Positions 7,313 to 14,972 of a stretch of 34,434 nt of DNA are shown piece after piece (positions within the stretch are counted from its first letter, which is position 1; every line of letters starts with the position of its first letter). This stretch comes from a virus (taxonomy: Duplodnaviria; Caudoviricetes). Location of the stretch: IMG/VR virus record IMGVR_UViG_3300023197_000025, positions 1-34,434 of that record; one strand, given 5' to 3'. Position numbers and translations under genes: made by a program. The notes below the pieces were generated by a model. It was not told where the DNA came from, searched no databases, and was given only the letters and a program-made list of their open reading frames with translations.

Positions 7313-8590
7313 ATGGACGAAACTCCTCACATCGACTCGCAGAAGCGCCAGCAAGTCTTCACCCCCATCCAGAACGGCGGTGCGACCTACGCCGAAATCG
7401 CCGACGCGGTTGGTTGTTCGCAATCGACCGCTCGGGACCACGTTTCGGCGCTCAAGCACGAAGATGGTGTTTCCATCGGCGAGCGCCGCATCGACGGCGC
7501 GAAGGAGTTCTACTGGCGAGCAGAAGCCGAGGAACACCCGACGAACGAAACTGCCGAGCGGTACACCAAGACGACCGAGAAGGCGGAGACAACCAAGACC
7601 CTCAACGAGAAGGCACAGGCGATGGAGCGTCGCCTCACTGCCCTGCTGGACGAGACACAGCCTGCCGTCGCCGACGGTGGCCTCGTTCAGGAGCCGAGCC
7701 ACGAAGACGTGGTGATTCACGCCACGGACGACCACGTTGGGGACGTGACCGAAGACGAGTTCGGAAACGTCACCTACGACCCGGAGACGTGGCGTGAGCG
7801 TCGGACGAAGACGTTCGATACGTGCTTCGACCTCGTGAGCCGCCAGCGGTCGGCGGGCTACACCTTCGACACCTTGCACCTCCTTCTCGGTGGTGACATG
7901 GTGACTGGTGAGGGCATCTACCCCGGTCAGGCGCACAACCTCGAAATGCCGCTCGATGAGCAGGTCGAGGCCTGTGCCAAGTTCTACATGACGCAGATTC
8001 GCCGGGCCGCTAACGAGTTCGAGAGCGTTCAGGTCGTGTGCCAGTCGGGCAACCACGGTGAACTCCGGTTCTCGTCCGCTTCGGGTGGGGCCAACGCCGA
8101 CCGGCTGATGTACCTGATGCTCGATGGTATGGTGCGGCAGTCCGAACTGGACAACGTGACGTTCGTTCGGAACAACAGCACGCACTTCACCAACTTCGAG
8201 ATGCGGACGCACCAAGGCCATCTGCGTCACGGGGACGACTCGCTGGAGCACATCGGCACCTCATCGGGCAAGCGCCGCTGGTTCAACTGGCGCGACAAGC
8301 ACCAGTTCGATGTGGCCTACCGTGGTCACTTCCACAAGTTCCAGTACGATACCCTCACGCGGACCTACGAGGAGTTCGTGCTCGATGAGGGGGGCCAGCC
8401 GGTGATGGAGGACGGCGAACCTGTGACCGAGACGGACACGCAGATGCTTCCCGTCATCATGTCAGGTTCGCCGAAGCCTCCCGAGGAGTTCGAGGAGTCC
8501 ATCGCGCGGTGGTCGCAACCCGCCGCAACCATCCACGGCGTTTCCGATTCCCGACCAGTTACGTGGTTCTTCCCGGTGGACTTCGAGTAG
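7313..8590 (+). CDS. HTH-fused calcineurin-like metallophosphoesterase
   Basis: N-terminal HTH (TYAEIADAVGCSQSTARDHV); DDH, GDMV, GNHG, HGD and GHFH motifs; start refined to the ATG at 7313. Confidence 0.85.
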   Translation: MDETPHIDSQKRQQVFTPIQNGGATYAEIADAVGCSQSTARDHVSALKHEDGVSIGERRIDGAKEFYWRAEAEEHPTNETAERYTKTTEKAETTKTLNEKAQAMERRLTALLDETQPAVADGGLVQEPSHEDVVIHATDDHVGDVTEDEFGNVTYDPETWRERRTKTFDTCFDLVSRQRSAGYTFDTLHLLLGGDMVTGEGIYPGQAHNLEMPLDEQVEACAKFYMTQIRRAANEFESVQVVCQSGNHGELRFSSASGGANADRLMYLMLDGMVRQSELDNVTFVRNNSTHFTNFEMRTHQGHLRHGDDSLEHIGTSSGKRRWFNWRDKHQFDVAYRGHFHKFQYDTLTRTYEEFVLDEGGQPVMEDGEPVTETDTQMLPVIMSGSPKPPEEFEESIARWSQPAATIHGVSDSRPVTWFFPVDFE

Positions 8591-8595
8591 GGGGT

Positions 8596-8626
8596 AAAGA
8601 CTCGAAGCGCGAAGCGTCAAGTCTTT
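8596..8626. promoter_or_regulatory. Bipartite operator/promoter motif copy
   Basis: AAAGAC-TCGA-N11-TCAA-GTCTTT, intergenic. Confidence 0.7.
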
Positions 8627-8673
8627 AGGACAGGACCCCGTTCGATAGAGTAAGTTCCCTCTCAAACGTCTCC

Positions 8674-8997
8674 ATGTCAGGAAACACAAGCAAGGTCGGC
8701 CAACGGGTTGACCAAATCGCGGTGGACGATGAACCTCACGAGAAATACTACGATAGTGGAGTTCCGATACTCCTAAATACCGCTGTGGGCCAAGTGGTAT
8801 CGAAGTCGGTCCACGCCTACACGGTCCACTGCTCGCAGTGCAACATCCCTGCGAGGTTCAACGAGAAGTCGGAGCCAGTCTGCCCCGAGTGCGGCCTCAT
8901 CTGTGCCGGTGAAGGTGCCACTTCGCAAGAGCGGGTAGTCTGCGACCCGAAAGCGGCGGGCCGTGTTGATACCGACGGAGCAGAGGCCCAAGCATGA
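8674..8997 (+). CDS. Zinc-ribbon protein
   Basis: CSQC...CPECG; the true start may be internal. Confidence 0.7.
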   Translation: MSGNTSKVGQRVDQIAVDDEPHEKYYDSGVPILLNTAVGQVVSKSVHAYTVHCSQCNIPARFNEKSEPVCPECGLICAGEGATSQERVVCDPKAAGRVDTDGAEAQA

Positions 8998-9443
8998 CGG
9001 AACAGGAATCTGAATCTACGACCTCTGAAGTATCGGACACCGTAATCGACCCCGACTCCTCGCTCGACCTCGACGGAGTGAGCGAGGACGAGATGGCCGA
9101 AATCATGGAGTCCGTGCGGGTCAGTGGCCCGGAGGGGAAGATGTCCCTGAAGGCGGCCACCCTCGACCTGCTCGTGGCTCACAAGGAAATCGAGGACTAC
9201 AAGAAGGGCGCTTTCTCCCTCTATCAGGCCCTCGATGAGCGACAGGCCGAGGCTGAAGCGCAAGGGCAGGAGGCCGTCGCGGAGGTCATCGAGGAAGTGA
9301 AGAAGTCCGCGTTCGGGGTCTACGCTCGCGTCCACCGTGGCGATGCCGAAGTGCTCGGCGACCGTGACGGTAAGTACGCCGGGTACTTCGAGAGCGACCA
9401 GTCACCCGACGAGTTCGAGGTGGAACATGACACTGCGGACTGA
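8994..9443 (+). CDS. Hypothetical protein
   Basis: 149-aa acidic ORF, ATGA overlap. Confidence 0.85.
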   Translation: MTEQESESTTSEVSDTVIDPDSSLDLDGVSEDEMAEIMESVRVSGPEGKMSLKAATLDLLVAHKEIEDYKKGAFSLYQALDERQAEAEAQGQEAVAEVIEEVKKSAFGVYARVHRGDAEVLGDRDGKYAGYFESDQSPDEFEVEHDTAD

Positions 9444-9708
9444 ACACCTCAAGCGAGACAACCGCGGGGAGGACTTCCCCGAGCCGGACGGAGAACTCGT
9501 GGAGGTACTGACCTACAAGGTTGACCGGATGACGGTGCTCACTCGGGTCGAGGACAGGCTCGATGACGCCGTTGCGGTCGAACCCGAAGAAGTCCCGACG
9601 AACGACGAGGGGGAACCCCTCTGTGTCGGGAAGGATGACGGCCAGTGCTCGCGGACGGTAGACGAGCCGGGCGAGGTCTGCTGGCAACACGAACCGGACG
9701 ACGACTAA
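9427..9708 (+). CDS. Hypothetical protein with C-terminal CCCH motif
   Basis: Start refined to MTLRTEH; LCVGKDDGQCSRTVDEPGEVCWQH. Confidence 0.75.
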   Translation: MTLRTEHLKRDNRGEDFPEPDGELVEVLTYKVDRMTVLTRVEDRLDDAVAVEPEEVPTNDEGEPLCVGKDDGQCSRTVDEPGEVCWQHEPDDD

Positions 9709-9724
9709 CTGCGGCAGTTCAACT

Positions 9725-10198
9725 ATGACCCTTCTGGACACAATTCTTCCGTGGCGGAGCAACAGCACTGACGAACAGACCGGCGACAACTACGAGGAGC
9801 GCGTCAAGGACCGATGCGACCACGACTGGGAGGAGTCGGTCGAGAGTGAAGGCATCCTCAACCTCCGTGATGCTCACCTCGAAGACGGCTTCATCGTCAT
9901 CCCGGTCTTCGAGCGGGTCGCCTCCTACTGCGAGAAGTGCGGACAGCAGTACGTGGAGACGAAAGACTACGTGGCAGAGTCCCACTGGGGGTACACCCGG
10001 CAGAGTGGCAAAGTCGCTGTGCCGGTGGCCTTCCAACTCGACGCGGACACCAGCCTCGCAGACGCCCTCTACGAGCCGGTGCGCGATGAGGCCGACTACG
10101 CCGTGGACCAAGACGGCGAAATCGAGGCCATCGAGGGCGAGGGTGAGGGTCGCGTCCTCGTGAACCAGTCCGAACGGGCCGAAGGTGCTTCCGACTGA
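9725..10198 (+). CDS. Hypothetical protein, probable zinc binding
   Basis: CDH...CEKCG motif. Confidence 0.8.
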   Translation: MTLLDTILPWRSNSTDEQTGDNYEERVKDRCDHDWEESVESEGILNLRDAHLEDGFIVIPVFERVASYCEKCGQQYVETKDYVAESHWGYTRQSGKVAVPVAFQLDADTSLADALYEPVRDEADYAVDQDGEIEAIEGEGEGRVLVNQSERAEGASD

Positions 10199-10344
10199 TG
10201 GACACCACCGAGCACCAGTGCGTCCGAGTCGAGGGGGCTGATGAAGTCCAACTTCACGACGAGAACGGTCTGGTGGCGACGTTCAGCGGCGACGACTACG
10301 AAGGCGACAGCATCGACGTAGAACTACACGAGTACGACGCCTAA
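10198..10344 (+). CDS. Small acidic hypothetical protein (48 aa)
   Basis: TGATG overlap; MDTTEHQCVRVEGADEVQLHDENG... Confidence 0.65.
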   Translation: MDTTEHQCVRVEGADEVQLHDENGLVATFSGDDYEGDSIDVELHEYDA

Positions 10345-10415
10345 CCGGCCTCCCAGTCTGAAAGATTGCGGTTCCGCCTCCCGCGATGAAAGCCGGAACG
10401 AGGCGGGGCACAACC

Positions 10416-10736
10416 ATGAAGGTAGAAGCAGAGCGGACGACCACTCGCGGCGACCACAAGTCGGAGACGTACTCCGGCGAGCGGTTCGTGAACCCACCGG
10501 GTGTACGCCCGAAGGTTGACAACCAGAAGGTGCTCGGTGGAGTCACGGCCACCAAGGAACTCGATGGGGGTGATGTGACGTTCATCGACCCCGATAACGA
10601 GTTCCGCGAGTTCTCCTCGGTGCTCGACGTGACTGTTGGTCCGATGGGGGAGAAGGCCCGCGTGACGTTCATCGCCGCCTCATCGGAAATGGTCCCGCTC
10701 GGGAACGTACTCTACGCAGAGACAGCAGACCGATGA
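10416..10736 (+). CDS. Hypothetical protein
   Basis: Start refined to MKVEAER after CACAACC. Confidence 0.8.
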   Translation: MKVEAERTTTRGDHKSETYSGERFVNPPGVRPKVDNQKVLGGVTATKELDGGDVTFIDPDNEFREFSSVLDVTVGPMGEKARVTFIAASSEMVPLGNVLYAETADR

Positions 10737-11149
10737 GTGAACAACCACACCCGACGGTACAGCCCGGTGGCGGTGACGAGGGGGTAGAAACCCACGTCCT
10801 CGAAGACGCCATCGAGACAGTCTACGACCGGCCTGACACCCACGGCAAGCCGGAAGATTCGTTCGATGCCATCGCGGCAATCTGGAACGGCTACCTCCGG
10901 GCGAACGGCTTCCGAGAGGAACTGGACGCCGTGGACGTGTCCTGCATGATGGTGGGCATGAAGATGGCTCGCATCGTGACGGGGCACTACCACGACGACA
11001 ACTGGGTGGACATAGCCGGTTACGCCGAGAACGGTGCCCGGCTCCAGCGCAAGCAGGAGTTCCGGTGTCCCGAGTGCGGAGAACAGGAAGGAATCCTGCC
11101 CGAGGATGACTTCTGCGCCAACTGCGGAAGCAAACTCAACCATGAGTGA
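10733..11149 (+). CDS. DUF6378-like (all-alpha NTP pyrophosphatase-like) protein with C-terminal zinc ribbon
   Basis: HGKPEDSFDAIAAIW...MKMAR...DNWVDIAGYA; CPECG...CANCG. Confidence 0.75.
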   Translation: MSEQPHPTVQPGGGDEGVETHVLEDAIETVYDRPDTHGKPEDSFDAIAAIWNGYLRANGFREELDAVDVSCMMVGMKMARIVTGHYHDDNWVDIAGYAENGARLQRKQEFRCPECGEQEGILPEDDFCANCGSKLNHE

Positions 11150-11330
11150 CACCACAGCACTTCAGAGTATCGTAGAGAACGAGGAACAGGCCGAGGCGAT
11201 GCTGGACGACCTCGAAGGACTCCCGGTCGAAGACGAAGACCGATGGGAACTCCGCCTCGAAATGGACGAGGACGACCTCTCCGCCGTCCGCGAGGAGTTG
11301 GAGGAGATGGTCGAAGATGGGGGAGACTGA
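11142..11330 (+). CDS. Small acidic hypothetical protein
   Basis: MSDTTALQSIVENEEQ..., overlaps neighbouring genes. Confidence 0.75.
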   Translation: MSDTTALQSIVENEEQAEAMLDDLEGLPVEDEDRWELRLEMDEDDLSAVREELEEMVEDGGD

Positions 11331-11496
11331 CCCCTACCCCGACGACGAAGACCCGGAACTTCACCGCGAGATAGACGAACTCGCGCTCGAAATCGAACGG
11401 ACCATCGCGGAGACAGAGCAGTTCCTCGATGACCTCCCCGAGTTCGAGCCGCGAAGTAACCACGCCCGTAAGATGGAGAAGGTCATCCAAGGATGA
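11317..11496 (+). CDS. Small hypothetical protein (59 aa)
   Basis: MGETDPYPDDEDPELHREIDELALEIERT...; fills the gap in the operon. Confidence 0.7.
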   Translation: MGETDPYPDDEDPELHREIDELALEIERTIAETEQFLDDLPEFEPRSNHARKMEKVIQG

Positions 11497-11705
11497 GCGG
11501 CGACGACGAGCGGAATCCGAACGCCGAGTGGGCGTACATCTTCAACGTCCTCGGCAAGGAGTCCCTGCGAGGGGTACTGTTCGAGGTCGCCACGTCCCTT
11601 GAAGAAAACGACGATGAGCGCGTCGTCGTCGTGGAGTTCGAGGACGACAAGGCACTCGAAATCACTGAGCACGTCAACCAACTGGAATCCCAACTCAACA
11701 CATGA
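11493..11705 (+). CDS. Hypothetical protein
   Basis: 70 aa, ATGA overlaps. Confidence 0.8.
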   Translation: MSGDDERNPNAEWAYIFNVLGKESLRGVLFEVATSLEENDDERVVVVEFEDDKALEITEHVNQLESQLNT

Positions 11706-12136
11706 CTGTCCGAGAAGACACCATCGCAAGCATCGAAATCGAAAACCGCGAAGTCGCCGTCGATGTGGTCGCCCCGACGCGGCTGGAGATGCTGTTCAAC
11801 GTCTTCCCCCGTCTCCCCGACGCGATGGACGACGTGGAGGACTACGACGCCCTCACGCCGCAGGAGCAGGTCGATGCGGCCCACGTCCTCATCGACGCGA
11901 CGACCGACCTCCCGCTCGACCTCATCGAGCAGTTGCCGACCAGCGCGGTCGAAAAACTCGGGGATGCCGCCTCGTTGGTCATCGACCAGCAGGTTCGGCA
12001 CTGGAAGCGCCGCGACCAGAAACTCGAAGACCACCTCGAAGGTGTCCCCAACGACGAGCGCGTGCAGGCGATGTACGAGTTCGTGACCGCAGAGCCGACC
12101 CACGGCGGGCCAACGATGAGCGGTCGGGTCGAGTAG
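11702..12136 (+). CDS. Hypothetical protein
   Basis: 144-aa acidic ORF. Confidence 0.8.
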   Translation: MTVREDTIASIEIENREVAVDVVAPTRLEMLFNVFPRLPDAMDDVEDYDALTPQEQVDAAHVLIDATTDLPLDLIEQLPTSAVEKLGDAASLVIDQQVRHWKRRDQKLEDHLEGVPNDERVQAMYEFVTAEPTHGGPTMSGRVE

Positions 12137-12140
12137 ACCG

Positions 12141-12296
12141 ATGTTCACCCTCGCTATCTCCATCATCGTGCTCGGCCTCGTGGCACTGTCTGACTACCAA
12201 GGCGAGTTCAACCTCGGCCTCGGCGGCCCGCTCATCGTGGACGCTCTCGCGTGGTACGTCGTCGGGGCCTACCTCGGAGTGTTCCCCACGCTATGA
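12141..12296 (+). CDS. Small membrane protein (51 aa)
   Basis: MFTLAISIIVLGLVALSD...LIVDALAWYVVGAYLGVFPTL, two hydrophobic segments. Confidence 0.7.
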   Translation: MFTLAISIIVLGLVALSDYQGEFNLGLGGPLIVDALAWYVVGAYLGVFPTL

Positions 12297-13267
12297 GCGC
12301 CCCACAGACTACGGACGCGGATGGCAACGTCGGGGCTGACCCCGAGAACATCGACCTGACCGTGGACCCGGAGAAGGTCGAAGCGGGACTCGACTACGTG
12401 TCGAAGTCTCGGGTGAAGACCTTCAAACAGTGCCCCCGGAAGTTCTGGTTCAAGTATTGGACCGAGAACAGGCCGCCGGGGAACTACTACACCGAGCGTG
12501 GCACCGAAGTCCACGAAGCCTTCGAGGTGTTCCACGAGAACCTGAAGCAACATCTCGATGAGGTCGGCGAGCGTCCCGAGTTCTTCGCGGACCTGATGCC
12601 GGGAGACTACACCCTCTGGAGCCAGTGGCTCGAACCGTACCTCGGCAACTTCTGGAAGTTCGAGTTACGGCGCTGGCGTGAGGCCGAAGACGCCGTGGCA
12701 CAGGCTGATGCCCTGCTCTCGCACGGCAGTCTCGACCTCGACGCCGAGACGCTGAACTCGTGGGAACCCATCGAGGTTGAAGCCGAGGCGTGGCTCGGCG
12801 AGCCGCCCGAGGACCGCGAGGTTCCCGACGACGCCTACATCAACCCTGACGGGCCGCCGGTCGGCGAGATTCCGTGGATGGGTTCGGCTGACGCCATCTA
12901 CCACTCGGCTTCGGTTCCGGGGGTCAACGGCGGCGGCGTCACCATCCTCGACTACAAGACCGGCTCGGTTCCCGACCCGCGCTACCGCGACGAAGGCATC
13001 TTCCTCGAAGGCGAGTTCTACGGCTGGCTGTTCGAGGAGTTCTTCGACGTGGACGCCGTGGCGGGCTACTACCCGTCCGAGGACGAACTCATCATCTCAC
13101 CGTACCCCGACAAGGAGCGACGGTGGAAAATCAAGAAGGCCGTCCTCGGGATGCAGAAGGACCCGACGGACAAGGAGAACTTCCCCGTCGAGGAGCAACC
13201 CCTCTGCCACTACGGCCACGGGAAATGCTTCTTCTACGACGAGTGTCCGTCAACATGGAACGAGTAA
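12293..13267 (+). CDS. PD-(D/E)XK nuclease, AddB/Cas4-like with four Fe-S cysteines
   Basis: SKSRVKTFKQCPRKF, RGTEVH, GSAD, ILDYKTG and C-terminal LC..GKC..DEC; start refined to MSAPQ. Confidence 0.88.
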   Translation: MSAPQTTDADGNVGADPENIDLTVDPEKVEAGLDYVSKSRVKTFKQCPRKFWFKYWTENRPPGNYYTERGTEVHEAFEVFHENLKQHLDEVGERPEFFADLMPGDYTLWSQWLEPYLGNFWKFELRRWREAEDAVAQADALLSHGSLDLDAETLNSWEPIEVEAEAWLGEPPEDREVPDDAYINPDGPPVGEIPWMGSADAIYHSASVPGVNGGGVTILDYKTGSVPDPRYRDEGIFLEGEFYGWLFEEFFDVDAVAGYYPSEDELIISPYPDKERRWKIKKAVLGMQKDPTDKENFPVEEQPLCHYGHGKCFFYDECPSTWNE

Positions 13268-13359
13268 CCGCTCTGTTCGTGCTTCTTCTGTTCGGAATCG
13301 GCGTCTCGGGCTTCACCGCTGTCGTGACCGAAATGTGCTACCGGCTCTCGAAGACATGA
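13255..13359 (+). CDS. Small membrane protein (34 aa)
   Basis: MERVTALFVLLLFGIGVSGFTAVV... Confidence 0.55.
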   Translation: MERVTALFVLLLFGIGVSGFTAVVTEMCYRLSKT

Positions 13360-13493
13360 TGTGGGGGCTGTTCGCTGTTGGCCTCCTCGTCCTCATCGGT
13401 TGCACCGCCCTGCTCATCGGATTCATGCGGCTCCTGTTCTACCTCTGCGAACTCGGCCACGCCGCCGTTTCACCTCTGGTTCCAGAACGATGA
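13356..13493 (+). CDS. Small membrane protein (45 aa)
   Basis: MMWGLFAVGLLVLIGCTALLIGF...; ATGA overlaps. Confidence 0.6.
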   Translation: MMWGLFAVGLLVLIGCTALLIGFMRLLFYLCELGHAAVSPLVPER

Positions 13494-13627
13494 CCGAAGG
13501 CAACGAAACCATCACGCTTCACTCGGAATCGCTGAACCGCATCGAGGAACTACTGCGAGAGGAGACGACCCGGACTGGCAACCCGACGCCGGAAACCATC
13601 GCCAACACCATCGACGCACAACAATGA
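13490..13627 (+). CDS. Small hypothetical protein (45 aa)
   Basis: MTEGNETITLHSESLNRIEELLREE... Confidence 0.6.
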   Translation: MTEGNETITLHSESLNRIEELLREETTRTGNPTPETIANTIDAQQ

Positions 13628-13649
13628 CGCCACTGACCGAGTAGGAAAG

Positions 13650-13680
13650 TAAGACTTAACTCGCCACACCTTGACTCTTT
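13650..13680. promoter_or_regulatory. Bipartite operator/promoter motif copy
   Basis: TAAGAC-TTAA-N11-TTGA-CTCTTT, intergenic, followed by a structured leader. Confidence 0.6.
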
Positions 13681-13783
13681 GAGTGAGGGCAGTGCGCCCG
13701 CACTCTTGCGTCTCGAACCCGTCGCCGGTCCCAACAGACCACGGGGCCGCGTCGGCGGGACGCAACCTTCCGAGGGTTCCGAC

Positions 13784-13951
13784 ATGAGCGAGAACATCGA
13801 ACTCGAAGACGAACAGGTATCGACTCTCGACCGCCTGCTCGACCTCGCCGAGGACGCGACGACACCCGGTAGCGCCGTCTACCTCGATGAGGACAGCGCC
13901 GAGCAGGTCAGCGACCTTCGCAACACCATCAATCAGCAGGTCAACAACTGA
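13784..13951 (+). CDS. Small acidic hypothetical protein
   Basis: Start refined to MSENIELED. Confidence 0.75.
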   Translation: MSENIELEDEQVSTLDRLLDLAEDATTPGSAVYLDEDSAEQVSDLRNTINQQVNN

Positions 13952-14319
13952 TGTACCAGAATCACCCACCCCAACTGGAACTGCGCGAGACGATGAGCCA
14001 CCCGTTCGACCCCGCGGAAGTCGTCGGGTTCACTGCACGGAACACGCTGTTCGGAACGGACGCCGTGGTGCTCAAAGCCGAGGCGCTTCCCGAGCACGAG
14101 GCGTTCGCAGTTCCGAGTGACGCGGAACAACTCATCCGCGAGGGGTACGACCTCGTGGTTCTCCGCGATGAGACGGTGTACGTCCTCCCGAGCGGCAAAT
14201 TCGAGGATTCGACCTATCCTCACACCTTCGAGGGTAGGGGTAACAGGGAGACGATGCGGGTCATCGACCCTGATGACATGGTAGTGTGGGACTGCGGCAA
14301 GGTGGAGGTGTCGAACTGA
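13951..14319 (+). CDS. Hypothetical protein
   Basis: 122 aa, TGATG overlaps. Confidence 0.8.
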   Translation: MYQNHPPQLELRETMSHPFDPAEVVGFTARNTLFGTDAVVLKAEALPEHEAFAVPSDAEQLIREGYDLVVLRDETVYVLPSGKFEDSTYPHTFEGRGNRETMRVIDPDDMVVWDCGKVEVSN

Positions 14320-14780
14320 TGGCGTCGCTGGCCGAGTTCTCTGACCGGGACGCACCTCGGGCCGACTTTCGCCATCCGGTCCATCATCCCACGGAGAGGA
14401 CTTCGGTCATCGGCTTCACTGGGTTCGAGTGGACTCGCGGCGAGTCGGTCGCGGTCTTCACCCGTGACCCACAGGAGCACTTCTTTCGGAAGTACGACGG
14501 CTACGCGGTCAGCGTCCCCATCCTCGAAGCCATCTTCGACCGTGGCGTGAAGACGGTCTACATCGAGGAGACGACCGACAAAGGACAGGTGTTCGAGTTC
14601 GACATAGCATCGTTCTCGGACGCGCCGCTCATCGCGTATTCGCCGCAGAGCGATACCATCGTAGAGGGCGAACAGGCAATCAAACAGAGTCGCGGCGAGT
14701 TCCACGACCACCAGCGAGTCGTTGCCATCGAGATGGCGCGACGAACGTGGGCCGTGGGCGAAGTTTCCTTCGAGAGGTGA
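14319..14780 (+). CDS. Hypothetical protein
   Basis: Start refined to MASLAEF. Confidence 0.8.
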   Translation: MASLAEFSDRDAPRADFRHPVHHPTERTSVIGFTGFEWTRGESVAVFTRDPQEHFFRKYDGYAVSVPILEAIFDRGVKTVYIEETTDKGQVFEFDIASFSDAPLIAYSPQSDTIVEGEQAIKQSRGEFHDHQRVVAIEMARRTWAVGEVSFER

Positions 14781-14786
14781 CACAAC

Positions 14787-14972
14787 ATGGACCCAACCAA
14801 CGTTGACTACGACGAGCACGAGATGCGCGAAGACGACCTCGAAGACGAGGTTCCCGAGCGGGACGAGTGGATAGAGAGTGACGGCTCGGGGTGGGACGGC
14901 GACGACCACATCCACGAGCCGGAGAACGAACGCCAGCAAGACGAGTACGCCTTCAGCCAGTACGAAGCGTGA
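14787..14972 (+). CDS. Small very acidic protein
   Basis: 61 aa, D/E-rich. Confidence 0.7.
   Translation: MDPTNVDYDEHEMREDDLEDEVPERDEWIESDGSGWDGDDHIHEPENERQQDEYAFSQYEA

Noticed and set aside
10350-10410. Hammerhead ribozyme (CTGAAAGA...GATGAAA)
   Set aside because: The conserved core CUGAUGA/GAAA with three stems cannot be assembled
12293-13267. CRISPR-Cas system suggested by the Cas4-like nuclease
   Set aside because: No repeat-spacer array or other cas genes seen; stand-alone Cas4/AddB-like nucleases are common in archaeal viruses
14891-14968. N-terminal extension of PolB, and similar extensions at 2681, 7262, 12251 and 19742
   Set aside because: Arg-rich, overlapping upstream genes or leaders; downstream coupled starts fit better
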